NCBI GenBank assembly: GCA_038235185.1
Contig: JBBSUF010000001.1
Location: forward strand, 947 to 64,946
Length of the DNA stretch: 64,000 nt
Direction of reading: 5' to 3'
Origin: Lysobacterales bacterium
Lineage (GTDB): Bacteria > Pseudomonadota > Gammaproteobacteria > Xanthomonadales > Xanthomonadaceae
A model generated the notes under the pieces. It was not told the DNA's origin. It did no database searches and saw only the letters and a program-made list of their open reading frames with translations. Shown here one piece after another: positions 30,439 through 39,279 of the stretch (position 1 is its first letter; the number at the start of each line of letters is the position of its first letter). A program made the position numbers and the translations under genes.

Positions 30439-31184
30439 CACAACAACCCCTTCTGCTTCAGCGCCGCGACCAGTTCGCCAGCATCCTTCACCATCACGCC
30501 TTTGCTGCGTTTGGGTGGCGGCGCGTATTGGGTGGTCTTCAACGTATCGCCTGTATCAACGCCAAGGTCGGCGAACGCGATCGTCTCCATCGGCTTGCTT
30601 TTGGCCTTCATGATGTCAGGCAGCTTGATGAAACGCGGCTCGTTCAGGCGAAGGTCGGTGGTGATGACCGCTGGCAGGTCGACTTCGAGTGTTTCCAGTC
30701 CCGCATCGACTTCGCGCGTCACGGTGGCCTTGTCGTTGGCGACTTCCAGTTTTGAGGCGAACGTCGCCTGTGGCCGCTTCCACAACGTGGCCAGCATCTG
30801 CCCCGTTTGGCTGGAGTCATCATCGATCGCCTGCTTGCCAAGGATGACGAGGTCGGGTTGTTCCTTCTCGATCAGCTTGAGAAAGGTCCGGGCGGCGGTC
30901 AGCGGCTGGATTGGCTGGTCGCAGACCACATGGATTGCGCGGTTGGCGCCCATCGCGAGACCGTTGCGCAGATGTGCCTGGGCATCGGCGGGCCCGATCG
31001 TAGCGACGATCACTTCAGTCGCGATGCCCTTGTCACGCAGGCGCAGCGCTTCTTCCAGCGCGATCTCGTCGAAAGGATTGACGGAGAGCTTGACGCCATC
31101 GGTGACTACGCCGGAACCATCCGGCTTGACCTGGATGCGGACGTTGTAGTCCACGACGCGCTTGTAGCCGACGAGGATTTTCAT
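30438..31184 (-). CDS. etfB: Electron transfer flavoprotein beta subunit
   Basis: MKILVGYKRVVD, NPFDEIALEEA, GKQAIDDD, LNEPRF. Confidence 0.96.
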   Translation of the reverse strand: MKILVGYKRVVDYNVRIQVKPDGSGVVTDGVKLSVNPFDEIALEEALRLRDKGIATEVIVATIGPADAQAHLRNGLAMGANRAIHVVCDQPIQPLTAARTFLKLIEKEQPDLVILGKQAIDDDSSQTGQMLATLWKRPQATFASKLEVANDKATVTREVDAGLETLEVDLPAVITTDLRLNEPRFIKLPDIMKAKSKPMETIAFADLGVDTGDTLKTTQYAPPPKRSKGVMVKDAGELVAALKQKGLL

Positions 31185-31345
31185 CGTGGGAGTCCTTGCT
31201 GGGAAGTGGTGCCACACGAAGTGGAGGTTTGGTCGAGTTCCATGGAGCTAGGAGCAGGTCGTAATGTTACCGGCAAGGCACATGCAGCGCGACTTTGTGC
31301 GTCGGCCTGAGTGCTACGCATCGGAGAGCTTGGTGAATATACTCA

Positions 31346-32878
31346 GTGCCACGCCAGCTGGAGCAGCCTTTGTCAACGCAAGTCCTGACCCCATCGCAAT
31401 CGTGGACCCGGCTTGCGATGTGGGCGGTGTTTGCGACGGCGTTCATCAACGCCCTGCAATATACGGTTGCGGTTTGCAATCCCTTGATATCCGCCGACAA
31501 CTGGATATTCATCGACACCTTCCTGCGCCCTGCCATTGATGGGCGATTGGATATAGGTGATTTTCTCGTCAAGCGCGCCGGGGTTGATCATGCGCAGCCA
31601 TTAAACAAGCTGCTGATGTTGTTGAATTACCGCCTGTTTGGACTGGACTTCGCGATCGAGGGCGTGGTCGGGATGGGCTTCGGCCTTGCGGCACTGCTGG
31701 TGCTGTATCGCGCCAGTATTGCCGATACGTTGTCCCCCTCTCGCCCATCAGTCTTCTACGCCCTGATGGCGGCAGCCGCGGCTGTGTGGTTTTCCCTTAA
31801 CAGCTCGATGATCTATTCGTTTTCGCTGGTGACGATGGGTTTCGCTCCGTTCTTTTTTGCCCTGACCTGTATCTGGGCGGCTTGGCATGCCCTGGAGCAC
31901 GAGCGACTGTGGCCATTATTCCTTGCGATGGTCATCTATGGCGTGATCGGCGACGATTCCGCGATTATTGCCGTACTGGTCTTGACGATGGTGTCGCTGG
32001 CTTGGGGTTGGCGCAGCGGCTGTATGCGTCAGGCTTGGCGCGCTGTGTCGGTCATGGTGGTGGCAGTAGTGCTTTGTCGGATCTTCTACGCGGTGTTCGG
32101 CGAGATTCGTGGCGCCACTCTTCCAGTATTCAATGTCCCGCTTGCGCAACGCGTAGCTGGCCTTACCTCGCACTGGCGCGATGCGTGGCAGTGGTTCGCC
32201 ATACCGACGACATCCGGCGTGGCTTACATCGCGCCTCTGCAAAGACTCCTCGGCGCGCCCTGGCACGTGGCGCAGACAGTCCTGGCGCTGGTACTACTGC
32301 TGGCCCATGGCTGGTTCTGGCGAGCGGCGTGGCGCACTCCAATCCGCGCCACGTCCTTCGTGGCGATTTCGCTGATGTTGTTGTTCTATGCCTATCTGAC
32401 GGGGTTGCTGCTGACGCGGATTTTCGTGCGTGGTGCCGACTACCTCAACCAGCCGCGCTACATCAGCTTTTACCAGTTCAACATCATCGCGCTTCTGGTG
32501 ATGGCCGCAGCGCGCTCACTACAGCCCCATGCCACCGGCCTGCGCCGTTGGGCATGGGTCCCCGTGCTGGTACTGTTGCTGGTGCAGATCCCGCTGTCGC
32601 TGAGCGCCCGTTGGGAGGCACCCTATATTCGAGAATATTACGTACAGATGGCGCAGCAATGGGCTGCAATGGCGTTGGATCCGCTACATCCTCCAGTCGT
32701 CTGTGCGCCAGAACTGGCCTTATGCCAGATGCCGTATGCGCGGCGCTTGGCCGCGCTACATTTTGTCCGCGACAAGCGAATCAACCTGTATTCACCGCGT
32801 TTCGACGCGGCCCATCCGCAACTCGCGCGTGCCGCGGCGCCGATGCTGCCCAACGCGGCAGGGTCAGCGCCTGAGTGA
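31346..32878 (+). CDS. Polytopic membrane protein, putative GT-C periplasmic glycosyltransferase
   Basis: Many TM segments; SADNW in the first loop, HAQPL, QPRY; converges on rffA with a short overlap; start uncertain. Confidence 0.6.
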   Translation: MPRQLEQPLSTQVLTPSQSWTRLAMWAVFATAFINALQYTVAVCNPLISADNWIFIDTFLRPAIDGRLDIGDFLVKRAGVDHAQPLNKLLMLLNYRLFGLDFAIEGVVGMGFGLAALLVLYRASIADTLSPSRPSVFYALMAAAAAVWFSLNSSMIYSFSLVTMGFAPFFFALTCIWAAWHALEHERLWPLFLAMVIYGVIGDDSAIIAVLVLTMVSLAWGWRSGCMRQAWRAVSVMVVAVVLCRIFYAVFGEIRGATLPVFNVPLAQRVAGLTSHWRDAWQWFAIPTTSGVAYIAPLQRLLGAPWHVAQTVLALVLLLAHGWFWRAAWRTPIRATSFVAISLMLLFYAYLTGLLLTRIFVRGADYLNQPRYISFYQFNIIALLVMAAARSLQPHATGLRRWAWVPVLVLLLVQIPLSLSARWEAPYIREYYVQMAQQWAAMALDPLHPPVVCAPELALCQMPYARRLAALHFVRDKRINLYSPRFDAAHPQLARAAAPMLPNAAGSAPE

Positions 32879-34012
32879 GTGGTCCAAGGCATACAATGCC
32901 GCGTCAGCCGCTTCGAACACCCATGGCAACATTTCTTCCAGGCCGATCCACATCGGCAATCGCACCAGGCAATCTCCGACGCGCTCGGTGACTGGAAGCG
33001 GCCCTGCGCTGCGCGCAAATCGCTGCCCTGCCGGGGAGGAATGCAGCGGCACGTAGTGGAAGACCGCATACACGCCTGCGGCGCGCAGGTCTGCAATGAA
33101 CTGCGTGCGGGATGCGAGATCCGGCAGTAGCAGGTAGTACATATGTGCGTTGTGTTCGCACTCCGCCGGGATGATCGGTCGGCGCACGCGACCTGCCGCT
33201 TCGTGCGGCGCCGCCCACTCGTGGTAGAGGCCCCAGATCGCCAGCCGGCGCGCGGTGAGTGCCTGCGCATCTTCCAGCTGTGCGGCAAGGAAAGCAGCGG
33301 TGATTTCGCCAGGAAGGTAGGACGAGCCTGGTTCCACCCATGTGTATTTGTCGACTTCACCGCGAAAGAAACGGCTGCGATTAGTGCCCTTTTCACGGAT
33401 TGCCTCCGCGCGCGCAAACAAGGTTGGGTCGTTGACCAGCAACGCGCCGCCTTCGCCGGAAATGACATTCTTGGTCTCGTGAAAGCTCAATGCACCCAGG
33501 GCGCCGAGCGTGCCCAGGTGGTGGCTGCGATAGCGCGACAGGATCGCCTGTGCTGCGTCCTCGATCACCATCAAGCCATGACGTGCTGCGATGGCGAGGA
33601 TCTCATCCATCGCACAGGCAACTCCGGCGTAGTGCACTACGCATATCGCACGAGTACGCGGGGTGATCGCCGCTTCGATCAGACGTTCGTCAAGGTTGAG
33701 CGTATCGGCGCGGATGTCGACGAAGACAGGCACCGCACCGCGCAACACGAACGCATTGACGGTGGAAACGAAGGTGAAAGACGGCACGATTACTTCGTCT
33801 AGGGGCTGCAGGTCGCACAGCAGCGCCGCCATCTCCAGCGCACCGGTGCACGAATGTGTCAGCAACGCATGCGGGCTGCCGGTCAATGCTTCGAGCGCAC
33901 GGTGGCAGCGATGGGTGAAAGGACCATCGCCGGACAGATGTGTGTTGGCATGGGCCTGGCGGATGTATTCCAGTTCGCGCCCCGTCATGAAGGGTTTGTT
34001 GAAGGCGATCAT
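32864..34012 (-). CDS. rffA: dTDP-4-amino-4,6-dideoxygalactose transaminase
   Basis: MIAFNKP, LSGDGPFT, SCTGALEMAALL, SFHETKN..SGEGG, EKGTNRSRFFRGEVDKYTW, VFHYVPLHSSPAG (WecE signature). Confidence 0.92.
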   Translation of the reverse strand: MIAFNKPFMTGRELEYIRQAHANTHLSGDGPFTHRCHRALEALTGSPHALLTHSCTGALEMAALLCDLQPLDEVIVPSFTFVSTVNAFVLRGAVPVFVDIRADTLNLDERLIEAAITPRTRAICVVHYAGVACAMDEILAIAARHGLMVIEDAAQAILSRYRSHHLGTLGALGALSFHETKNVISGEGGALLVNDPTLFARAEAIREKGTNRSRFFRGEVDKYTWVEPGSSYLPGEITAAFLAAQLEDAQALTARRLAIWGLYHEWAAPHEAAGRVRRPIIPAECEHNAHMYYLLLPDLASRTQFIADLRAAGVYAVFHYVPLHSSPAGQRFARSAGPLPVTERVGDCLVRLPMWIGLEEMLPWVFEAADAALYALDHSLRR

Positions 34013-34893
34013 GCTGCGGGTCTGGTGATGGTCGCGACCACCAACCGACTGGAGCCGACGGGCAGGCGTGCGCCCATCCGTAACAGCGCTCGTTCGACAG
34101 CCAGCAATCCGCCGAGCAACGTGTTTATGATCGGATGCGGCGCCAGTTCCGCGTGCGCTTGAGAAAGCGGGGCCGCTTTCGAGTCCTTCCGTCGACGCGC
34201 AAACCACAGCAGGGGCAACAACACCGTCATGAACGAGGTGGTGTAGAGCACGGTAAAGCCAGCGCTGCGGAGCTTGGCTTCCAGCTCGCCGCTGCGATAT
34301 CGGCGCTTGTGTTGCGCGAGATCATCCTGGCTGCTCCACAAGGACGGATGCTGCGGGACACACAGCACCACGCCTCCGCCGTCTTTCAGCGCAAGCCTGA
34401 ACTGCGCAAGGACAGTTTCATCTTCGCTGATATGTTCAAGGACGTCATACGCGCCGATGACATCGAATTCGCTTTCGTAGGGCAGCGCGCGCGCATCGAG
34501 TTGCAGAAATTCCACGCCAGGCGCTCGCGCGGCGGCGAAAGGAAGGCCGGCTGCCAGCACTTCGCTGGCGGTGATGCGTGCTTGTGGAAACGCGGACTGC
34601 ACCGCCGCCAGCACGCATCCCGTGCCGCAGCCAACTTCCAGATAGCGGCGCATGTCGGGAAACCAGCGGCGTAGCGCATGGACGATCAGGCGATTGCGTG
34701 ACTCGAACCAGAAGTGCCCATCCTCGCTGGCGGCCAGCATCTTGAATGCCGCAGGATCAAACCCTTCGACTTCGCCTGCAAGCAAGGGTGCGAGTTGCGG
34801 CACGCCTTGTTCGATCGCAGGTGCAAACCCGCAACTTGAACAATGAAACAAAGGATCCACGTTCGCTGTGCCACATCGCAGGCATCGCCTCAT
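34009..34893 (-). CDS. Class I SAM-dependent methyltransferase with N-terminal CxxC...CxxC zinc ribbon
   Basis: CLRC..CSSC, HFWFESRN, LEVGCGTG, YDVLEHI, VPQHPSLWS, HKRRY. Confidence 0.85.
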   Translation of the reverse strand: MRRCLRCGTANVDPLFHCSSCGFAPAIEQGVPQLAPLLAGEVEGFDPAAFKMLAASEDGHFWFESRNRLIVHALRRWFPDMRRYLEVGCGTGCVLAAVQSAFPQARITASEVLAAGLPFAAARAPGVEFLQLDARALPYESEFDVIGAYDVLEHISEDETVLAQFRLALKDGGGVVLCVPQHPSLWSSQDDLAQHKRRYRSGELEAKLRSAGFTVLYTTSFMTVLLPLLWFARRRKDSKAAPLSQAHAELAPHPIINTLLGGLLAVERALLRMGARLPVGSSRLVVATITRPAA

Positions 34894-35264
34894 CCGCGAC
34901 TCCCGACCACGAGCCCCAACACGACCAGGACGACGCCGGCGATGCGCCATGCGTTCAGAGGCTCAACGAAAATCCATGCTCCGCCCAGCACCACGAAGAT
35001 GAACACCAGCGCCGTCAGCGGATAGGCCTGGCTCAATGGAAGTCTGGTCATCGCCAGCATCCAGGCAAGTGCCGCCAGGAACGCGGCAGCAAATGCACTC
35101 AGGATCCACGGATTGAGAAGCAGCCTGGCAATGTATCCAATTCGATCTGGTGTGCCAGTCGGCACCACTCCAGCCTGCAGCATCTGCCATTTCACGACGA
35201 ACTGCCCGTATACCGTCAATGCGATGGTAATAAGGACACAAACCCAAGCGGATTCCTTGGTCAC
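34890..35264 (-). CDS. SMR/DMT-type small flippase (ArnE/ArnF-like)
   Basis: 124 aa, four TM helices, GQFVVKW, LPLSQAYP, FVEPL..WRIAG. Confidence 0.8.
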   Translation of the reverse strand: MTKESAWVCVLITIALTVYGQFVVKWQMLQAGVVPTGTPDRIGYIARLLLNPWILSAFAAAFLAALAWMLAMTRLPLSQAYPLTALVFIFVVLGGAWIFVEPLNAWRIAGVVLVVLGLVVGSRG

Positions 35265-36214
35265 GAGCCGCTTTCTGACGGATCGAATCCACGCACCGCA
35301 AGACCGAAGCCGGTGCGTCCGTAACCATTACCGTTGTAGAGCATGTATTCGCGCCCTGCGTATGCGAAAGCGAAAGGGTAACAGGCCAGTTCGGTGTCCC
35401 ATCCGTGCGTCGAGAGCGGAGGGCCGACGATGTCATCTCGCCTCATCCAAGTCACGCCATCAACGGATTGGGCATAGCCAATACGATAGTCTGAAGTGCT
35501 CACGTCGCCCCGATGGCAGAACCACATTCCGTAGCCACCCCCAGGTAGAGCGACAACTTGAGGCCGCGCGATCGCCGTTTCACCCGGGCGTAAATCCAGC
35601 ACTGTTGAGCCGTCGGGTCGCCAATGAACCCCATCGATTGAACGAGCAGACTTGATTGCGTAGCGCATGTCATAGGGCCCGTCACCCCAGCCCAGCGACG
35701 AGCCGTACCACATGCGCCACCGGTTGTCTTCGCGAAGTACGGAGGGGTAGGACAGGCTGTAAGGATCGTAGAGCGAACGATCGAGTACCGGGGCGGGAGA
35801 AACCTTCTCGAAACCATCGCCCTCGAGTGTTCCAATAGCAAGCCCGACAGCATTCAACCACGGTGACGGACGACGCAGGTTCCAGCCCAGGTAATACAGC
35901 CACAGTTGACCGTCGAACTGGACGGCGCATCCCATGCTGCAACCGCAGTCATCAAAAGTCCCAATGGCGCCCGGCGTAACCAAGGGTCGTCGTGAAATGT
36001 CGGACACGCGAATTCCATCCCGCAGGTCGAGCACAAGGCTGGCAACATGCGAGCGCTGTTCGGCATCGCGGCTGGAAAAGAACACGCGCATCCTGCCGTC
36101 AGTCAGCCAAACCCCAAAGGGATTTGCGGCATGGCTGTGCATCCACGGCACGCTACCATCCGGAACGAAGACGCGCCCGAGTTTGTGCCAGGTACTTGTG
36201 CTGGGGTCAGTCAC
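35261..36214 (-). CDS. Five-bladed beta-propeller protein (third paralogue)
   Basis: WHKLGRVF, RVFFSSR, GTFDDCG, GWDTELACYP, YNGNGYGRTGFG. Confidence 0.75.
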   Translation of the reverse strand: MTDPSTSTWHKLGRVFVPDGSVPWMHSHAANPFGVWLTDGRMRVFFSSRDAEQRSHVASLVLDLRDGIRVSDISRRPLVTPGAIGTFDDCGCSMGCAVQFDGQLWLYYLGWNLRRPSPWLNAVGLAIGTLEGDGFEKVSPAPVLDRSLYDPYSLSYPSVLREDNRWRMWYGSSLGWGDGPYDMRYAIKSARSIDGVHWRPDGSTVLDLRPGETAIARPQVVALPGGGYGMWFCHRGDVSTSDYRIGYAQSVDGVTWMRRDDIVGPPLSTHGWDTELACYPFAFAYAGREYMLYNGNGYGRTGFGLAVRGFDPSESGS

Positions 36215-36863
36215 GTGCGGGCGAGACTTCTGTAGCCTGGGCGACATATACGCCGCGCTCGACTGTGTCGCCAAGTATCAGCGAACCGGCGCCGATGATG
36301 CCCGAGGCGCCGATCGTAACGTGGTCGCGCACCGTGGTGTTGACGCCTATGAAGCAGTTTCTCTTCACCGTCACCCCGCCGGACACCACCACGTGAGAAG
36401 TAATAAAGCAATTGTCCTCAATGGTGCTGTGGTGCCCGATGTGATTGCCGCTCCACAAAGTGACATTGTTTCCGATCCGAACGAACGGTTGCACCGTATT
36501 GTCCTCCAGGATGAAACAGTTGCGGCCGATCGCCACGCCCGGGAATATGCTGGCACGGCTGCTGATGTAGCTCGCCAGTCGATACCCCAACGCGTCAGCG
36601 GCCGAGACCTTGGCTTCGCGTACGGTATTGCGCTTGGCGTAGCTCAAGGCGATGAACATATCGTAGCGGTCAGGCGGACAACGCTCTGTCACTTCATTGA
36701 AGGCAATCAATGGCAGGCCCTCGAATGTATCGCTTGTGAGATAGTCGCGATCAACTGTGAAGGCAACCACTTCGCGGCCCCCATCGTGGGAAAAATAGAA
36801 TGCCGCGAGTTGCGCGATGTCGCCGGCACCGAACACGATCAGTGGCCGCGGAGCGTCACTCAT
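36207..36863 (-). CDS. Hexapeptide-repeat (NeuD/PglD-like) sugar acyltransferase
   Basis: IVFGAGDIA Rossmann-like N-terminus, IGRNCFILEDNTVQPF, SGNHIGHHS, left-handed beta-helix repeats. Confidence 0.85.
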   Translation of the reverse strand: MSDAPRPLIVFGAGDIAQLAAFYFSHDGGREVVAFTVDRDYLTSDTFEGLPLIAFNEVTERCPPDRYDMFIALSYAKRNTVREAKVSAADALGYRLASYISSRASIFPGVAIGRNCFILEDNTVQPFVRIGNNVTLWSGNHIGHHSTIEDNCFITSHVVVSGGVTVKRNCFIGVNTTVRDHVTIGASGIIGAGSLILGDTVERGVYVAQATEVSPARD

Positions 36864-37504
36864 GCAGGCTCCTTGCGCACCAGGATGGTGAATTCGTACA
36901 AGCCATAGTCGTGCAGTAGCACGACGTGGCGTGAGTGGTCGAGGCAGTAGGCCAAAGTTGCGGCGGGATCGGCGTAGTAGAGATCGGGGCGCATGCGATC
37001 GCGGTCGCTTCGTGAGCTTAGGCAGTTGAAGGCGTAGCCGCGACGGCTGTCGGCATGCATGCCATCGAGCGTCGCGCGCATGTAGTCGTGCCACACTTCG
37101 TCAGGGATGGTGCCGCGGACGTTGAAGATGCCACTTGCCACGGCATAGTCGACCGGGACGTCGGGGCGCGGACCTTCAACAAACCGGGCATGAAGGTGAT
37201 GTCCATGGCGTTCACGGGCGGCGGCGATCATGTTTTCCGAAACATCCGTGCCGATGTAATCGCAGCGAACCCCGCCAGCGTCCAGGTAGTCGAGCAGGGC
37301 GCCATATCCGCAACCGATATCGGCGATGCTGAAATCCTGCGCGTCGTCGATCAGATGCCCCAGTTGGCGGAAACGAAGCGCCTGTGATTCGGCGCCGTTC
37401 CAGTCAACCCCGTGCGGCGTCGCGCCGTGGGTCGCGAGCCGATGGTTGTAGTAGTCGGCGACCCGGTCGAGCAGGGCCGCCTGGGTATCAGCGACCACTG
37501 CCAT
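36860..37504 (-). CDS. Class I SAM-dependent methyltransferase
   Basis: HGATPHGVDW..SQALRF, DIGCGYG, ASGIFN, HDYGLYEFT. Confidence 0.85.
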   Translation of the reverse strand: MAVVADTQAALLDRVADYYNHRLATHGATPHGVDWNGAESQALRFRQLGHLIDDAQDFSIADIGCGYGALLDYLDAGGVRCDYIGTDVSENMIAAARERHGHHLHARFVEGPRPDVPVDYAVASGIFNVRGTIPDEVWHDYMRATLDGMHADSRRGYAFNCLSSRSDRDRMRPDLYYADPAATLAYCLDHSRHVVLLHDYGLYEFTILVRKEPA

Positions 37505-38414
37505 CGTAAACCTCGCGCACGGTGACATAGGGACGTTGCTTTACCTCGGAAAAGACCTTTGCGAGGTAAATGCCGATAATCCCCAGGAACAGGATGATCA
37601 GGCCACCCAGGAACCAGATCGAAACCATCATCGAGGTATAGCCATCGACCGGAATCTGGTGGAACAAGCGCCGGTACACCAGCCAGGCAGCAAACGCCGC
37701 GCCTGCCAGTGAAATCAAAATCCCCGTATAGAAGATCATCTTCAGCGGCTTGGCACTGAAAGCAGTCACCGAGTTCACAATCAATGACAACTTGCGACGC
37801 AGGCTGTAGCTGGTGCTGCCCTTGCTGCCCTTCTCGAATGCGAAGGCCTCTTGACGAAAGCCGGTGCTGTGCCAGAGCCCAGCCATGAAGCCCTCGCGTT
37901 CGCGATATTGGAGGAGAGAGTCGACATAGCGCCGCGTCATTAGTCGAACAGTAGCGAGGTTACGCGGCAATGGAATGTCGCCCAGATATCGGATCAACAA
38001 GTAATAAGCGTTGCCGGTGATGTAGTCGATCAGGCCACCGCGGCGATGCGAGAGTTGCCCGTAGATGACATCGATGTCGCGGTCGGCCTGCATGCGCTCC
38101 CAGAACTCGCGGAGCAATTCCGGCGGTTCTTCCAGGTCGACGTCGATCAGGAACACGCGCTCGCCACGCGCGTGCTCCAGCCCGGCCATCATCGCGCGGT
38201 GGTGGCCAAAATTGCGTGACAGGTCTACCACCCGTACCTCGGGATGGGCATCGGCGAGGCGGCGGGCGATCACCAGCGAATCGTCGGGTGAGCCGTCGTT
38301 AACCAAAACGATTTCGACTGTGTCGTCGAGGCCTTCTGCGGCGCGCAAGCTACGCGCCACGAAATCATCGAGATACGGCGCGGACTGGTACATCGTGCCG
38401 ACGATTGAGAGCAT
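37488..38414 (-). CDS. GT2 polyprenol-phosphate glycosyltransferase (GtrB/ArnC-like)
   Basis: VNDGSPDDS, LSRNFGHH, DVDLEEPPE, two C-terminal TM helices, GIIGIYLAKVFSEVKQRP. Confidence 0.9.
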   Translation of the reverse strand: MLSIVGTMYQSAPYLDDFVARSLRAAEGLDDTVEIVLVNDGSPDDSLVIARRLADAHPEVRVVDLSRNFGHHRAMMAGLEHARGERVFLIDVDLEEPPELLREFWERMQADRDIDVIYGQLSHRRGGLIDYITGNAYYLLIRYLGDIPLPRNLATVRLMTRRYVDSLLQYREREGFMAGLWHSTGFRQEAFAFEKGSKGSTSYSLRRKLSLIVNSVTAFSAKPLKMIFYTGILISLAGAAFAAWLVYRRLFHQIPVDGYTSMMVSIWFLGGLIILFLGIIGIYLAKVFSEVKQRPYVTVREVYDGSGR

Positions 38415-38419
38415 TCGTT

Positions 38420-39118
38420 TCAGGCCATGCGTTTCATGTAGCGTGGTGCATCGGGCCCGGTGCGGAACAGGAGGTCCAGGGCGCTGACCGCATGTTCGAA
38501 TACGCCGGGTTCCTGCGAGTATTGAGGATACCCATGATAATCGGCGAACACGACCCGCACCCCGGCCGCGGAGAACAGCGATTCGTCCAGATAATCCCGT
38601 GCGGCGGGACCGGACAGGTATTCGTCGGCCTCGAGGGCCTGACACAGGGAGACCAGGCGTTCAGTTCTTCCCTCGCGCTGCGGCAGATCCATCGACCATG
38701 ACATCGGGGTATCAATCTCCATTAGCGAGCACAACACCTCGATGAGGCGTCGGTTGACGTTGCTTAGTGACAGCTCTCCGGCGAGTGCGGCATACGTGGT
38801 TTCAATAACATCGTGATAGCGTTCGAAATACCGAGATCGAGCATAAGCATGGTGCAGCGCACGCCAATGCAATCCATGCCAATCCGGGTCGGCGATACGA
38901 GCATCGCAAATGCGCTGATGGAACTTCCCTTTGACCTCAACGGGCACGCTTAACCATTGCAGGCCCTGGGCAGACTTGATCCGGTTTCGGCTGCGCCAGT
39001 CGCGGCGCGTGTATTGCATATCGTCAAACAAGACAAAATGGTCAACCGAGCGAATCAGGTCGAAATACCCCTTCCACGGAATGTAGGATGATTGGACGAT
39101 GGCGATCCGTTTGCTCAT
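38420..39118 (-). CDS. WbqC-family protein (putative glycyltransferase)
   Basis: IVQSSYIPWKGYFDLI, FDDMQYTRRDWRSRNRI, YLSGPAARDYL, VSALDLLF. Confidence 0.88.
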   Translation of the reverse strand: MSKRIAIVQSSYIPWKGYFDLIRSVDHFVLFDDMQYTRRDWRSRNRIKSAQGLQWLSVPVEVKGKFHQRICDARIADPDWHGLHWRALHHAYARSRYFERYHDVIETTYAALAGELSLSNVNRRLIEVLCSLMEIDTPMSWSMDLPQREGRTERLVSLCQALEADEYLSGPAARDYLDESLFSAAGVRVVFADYHGYPQYSQEPGVFEHAVSALDLLFRTGPDAPRYMKRMA

Positions 39119-39279
39119 GGGTACAGTTTACGATTGGGCCATGCAGTTTGGGACCAAGGGGCAGATCTGACTGCGTAGGGTCGGAGTACCTTATTGGGTC
39201 ATTTACTGATCACCCCTCGGAATCGGGACTCGGGGTCTAGCTTCGCTAGAATATCCGGCTTGTCGCTCCTGGATTGCGC

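Noticed and set aside
29389-31149. 586-aa plus-strand ORF
   Set aside because: Antisense shadow of etfA/etfB
14058-37504. Five methyltransferases as a DNA-modification or anti-phage defence system
   Set aside because: No DPPY/NPPY or PC DNA-methyltransferase motifs and no nuclease; the context is nucleotide-sugar and Und-P chemistry
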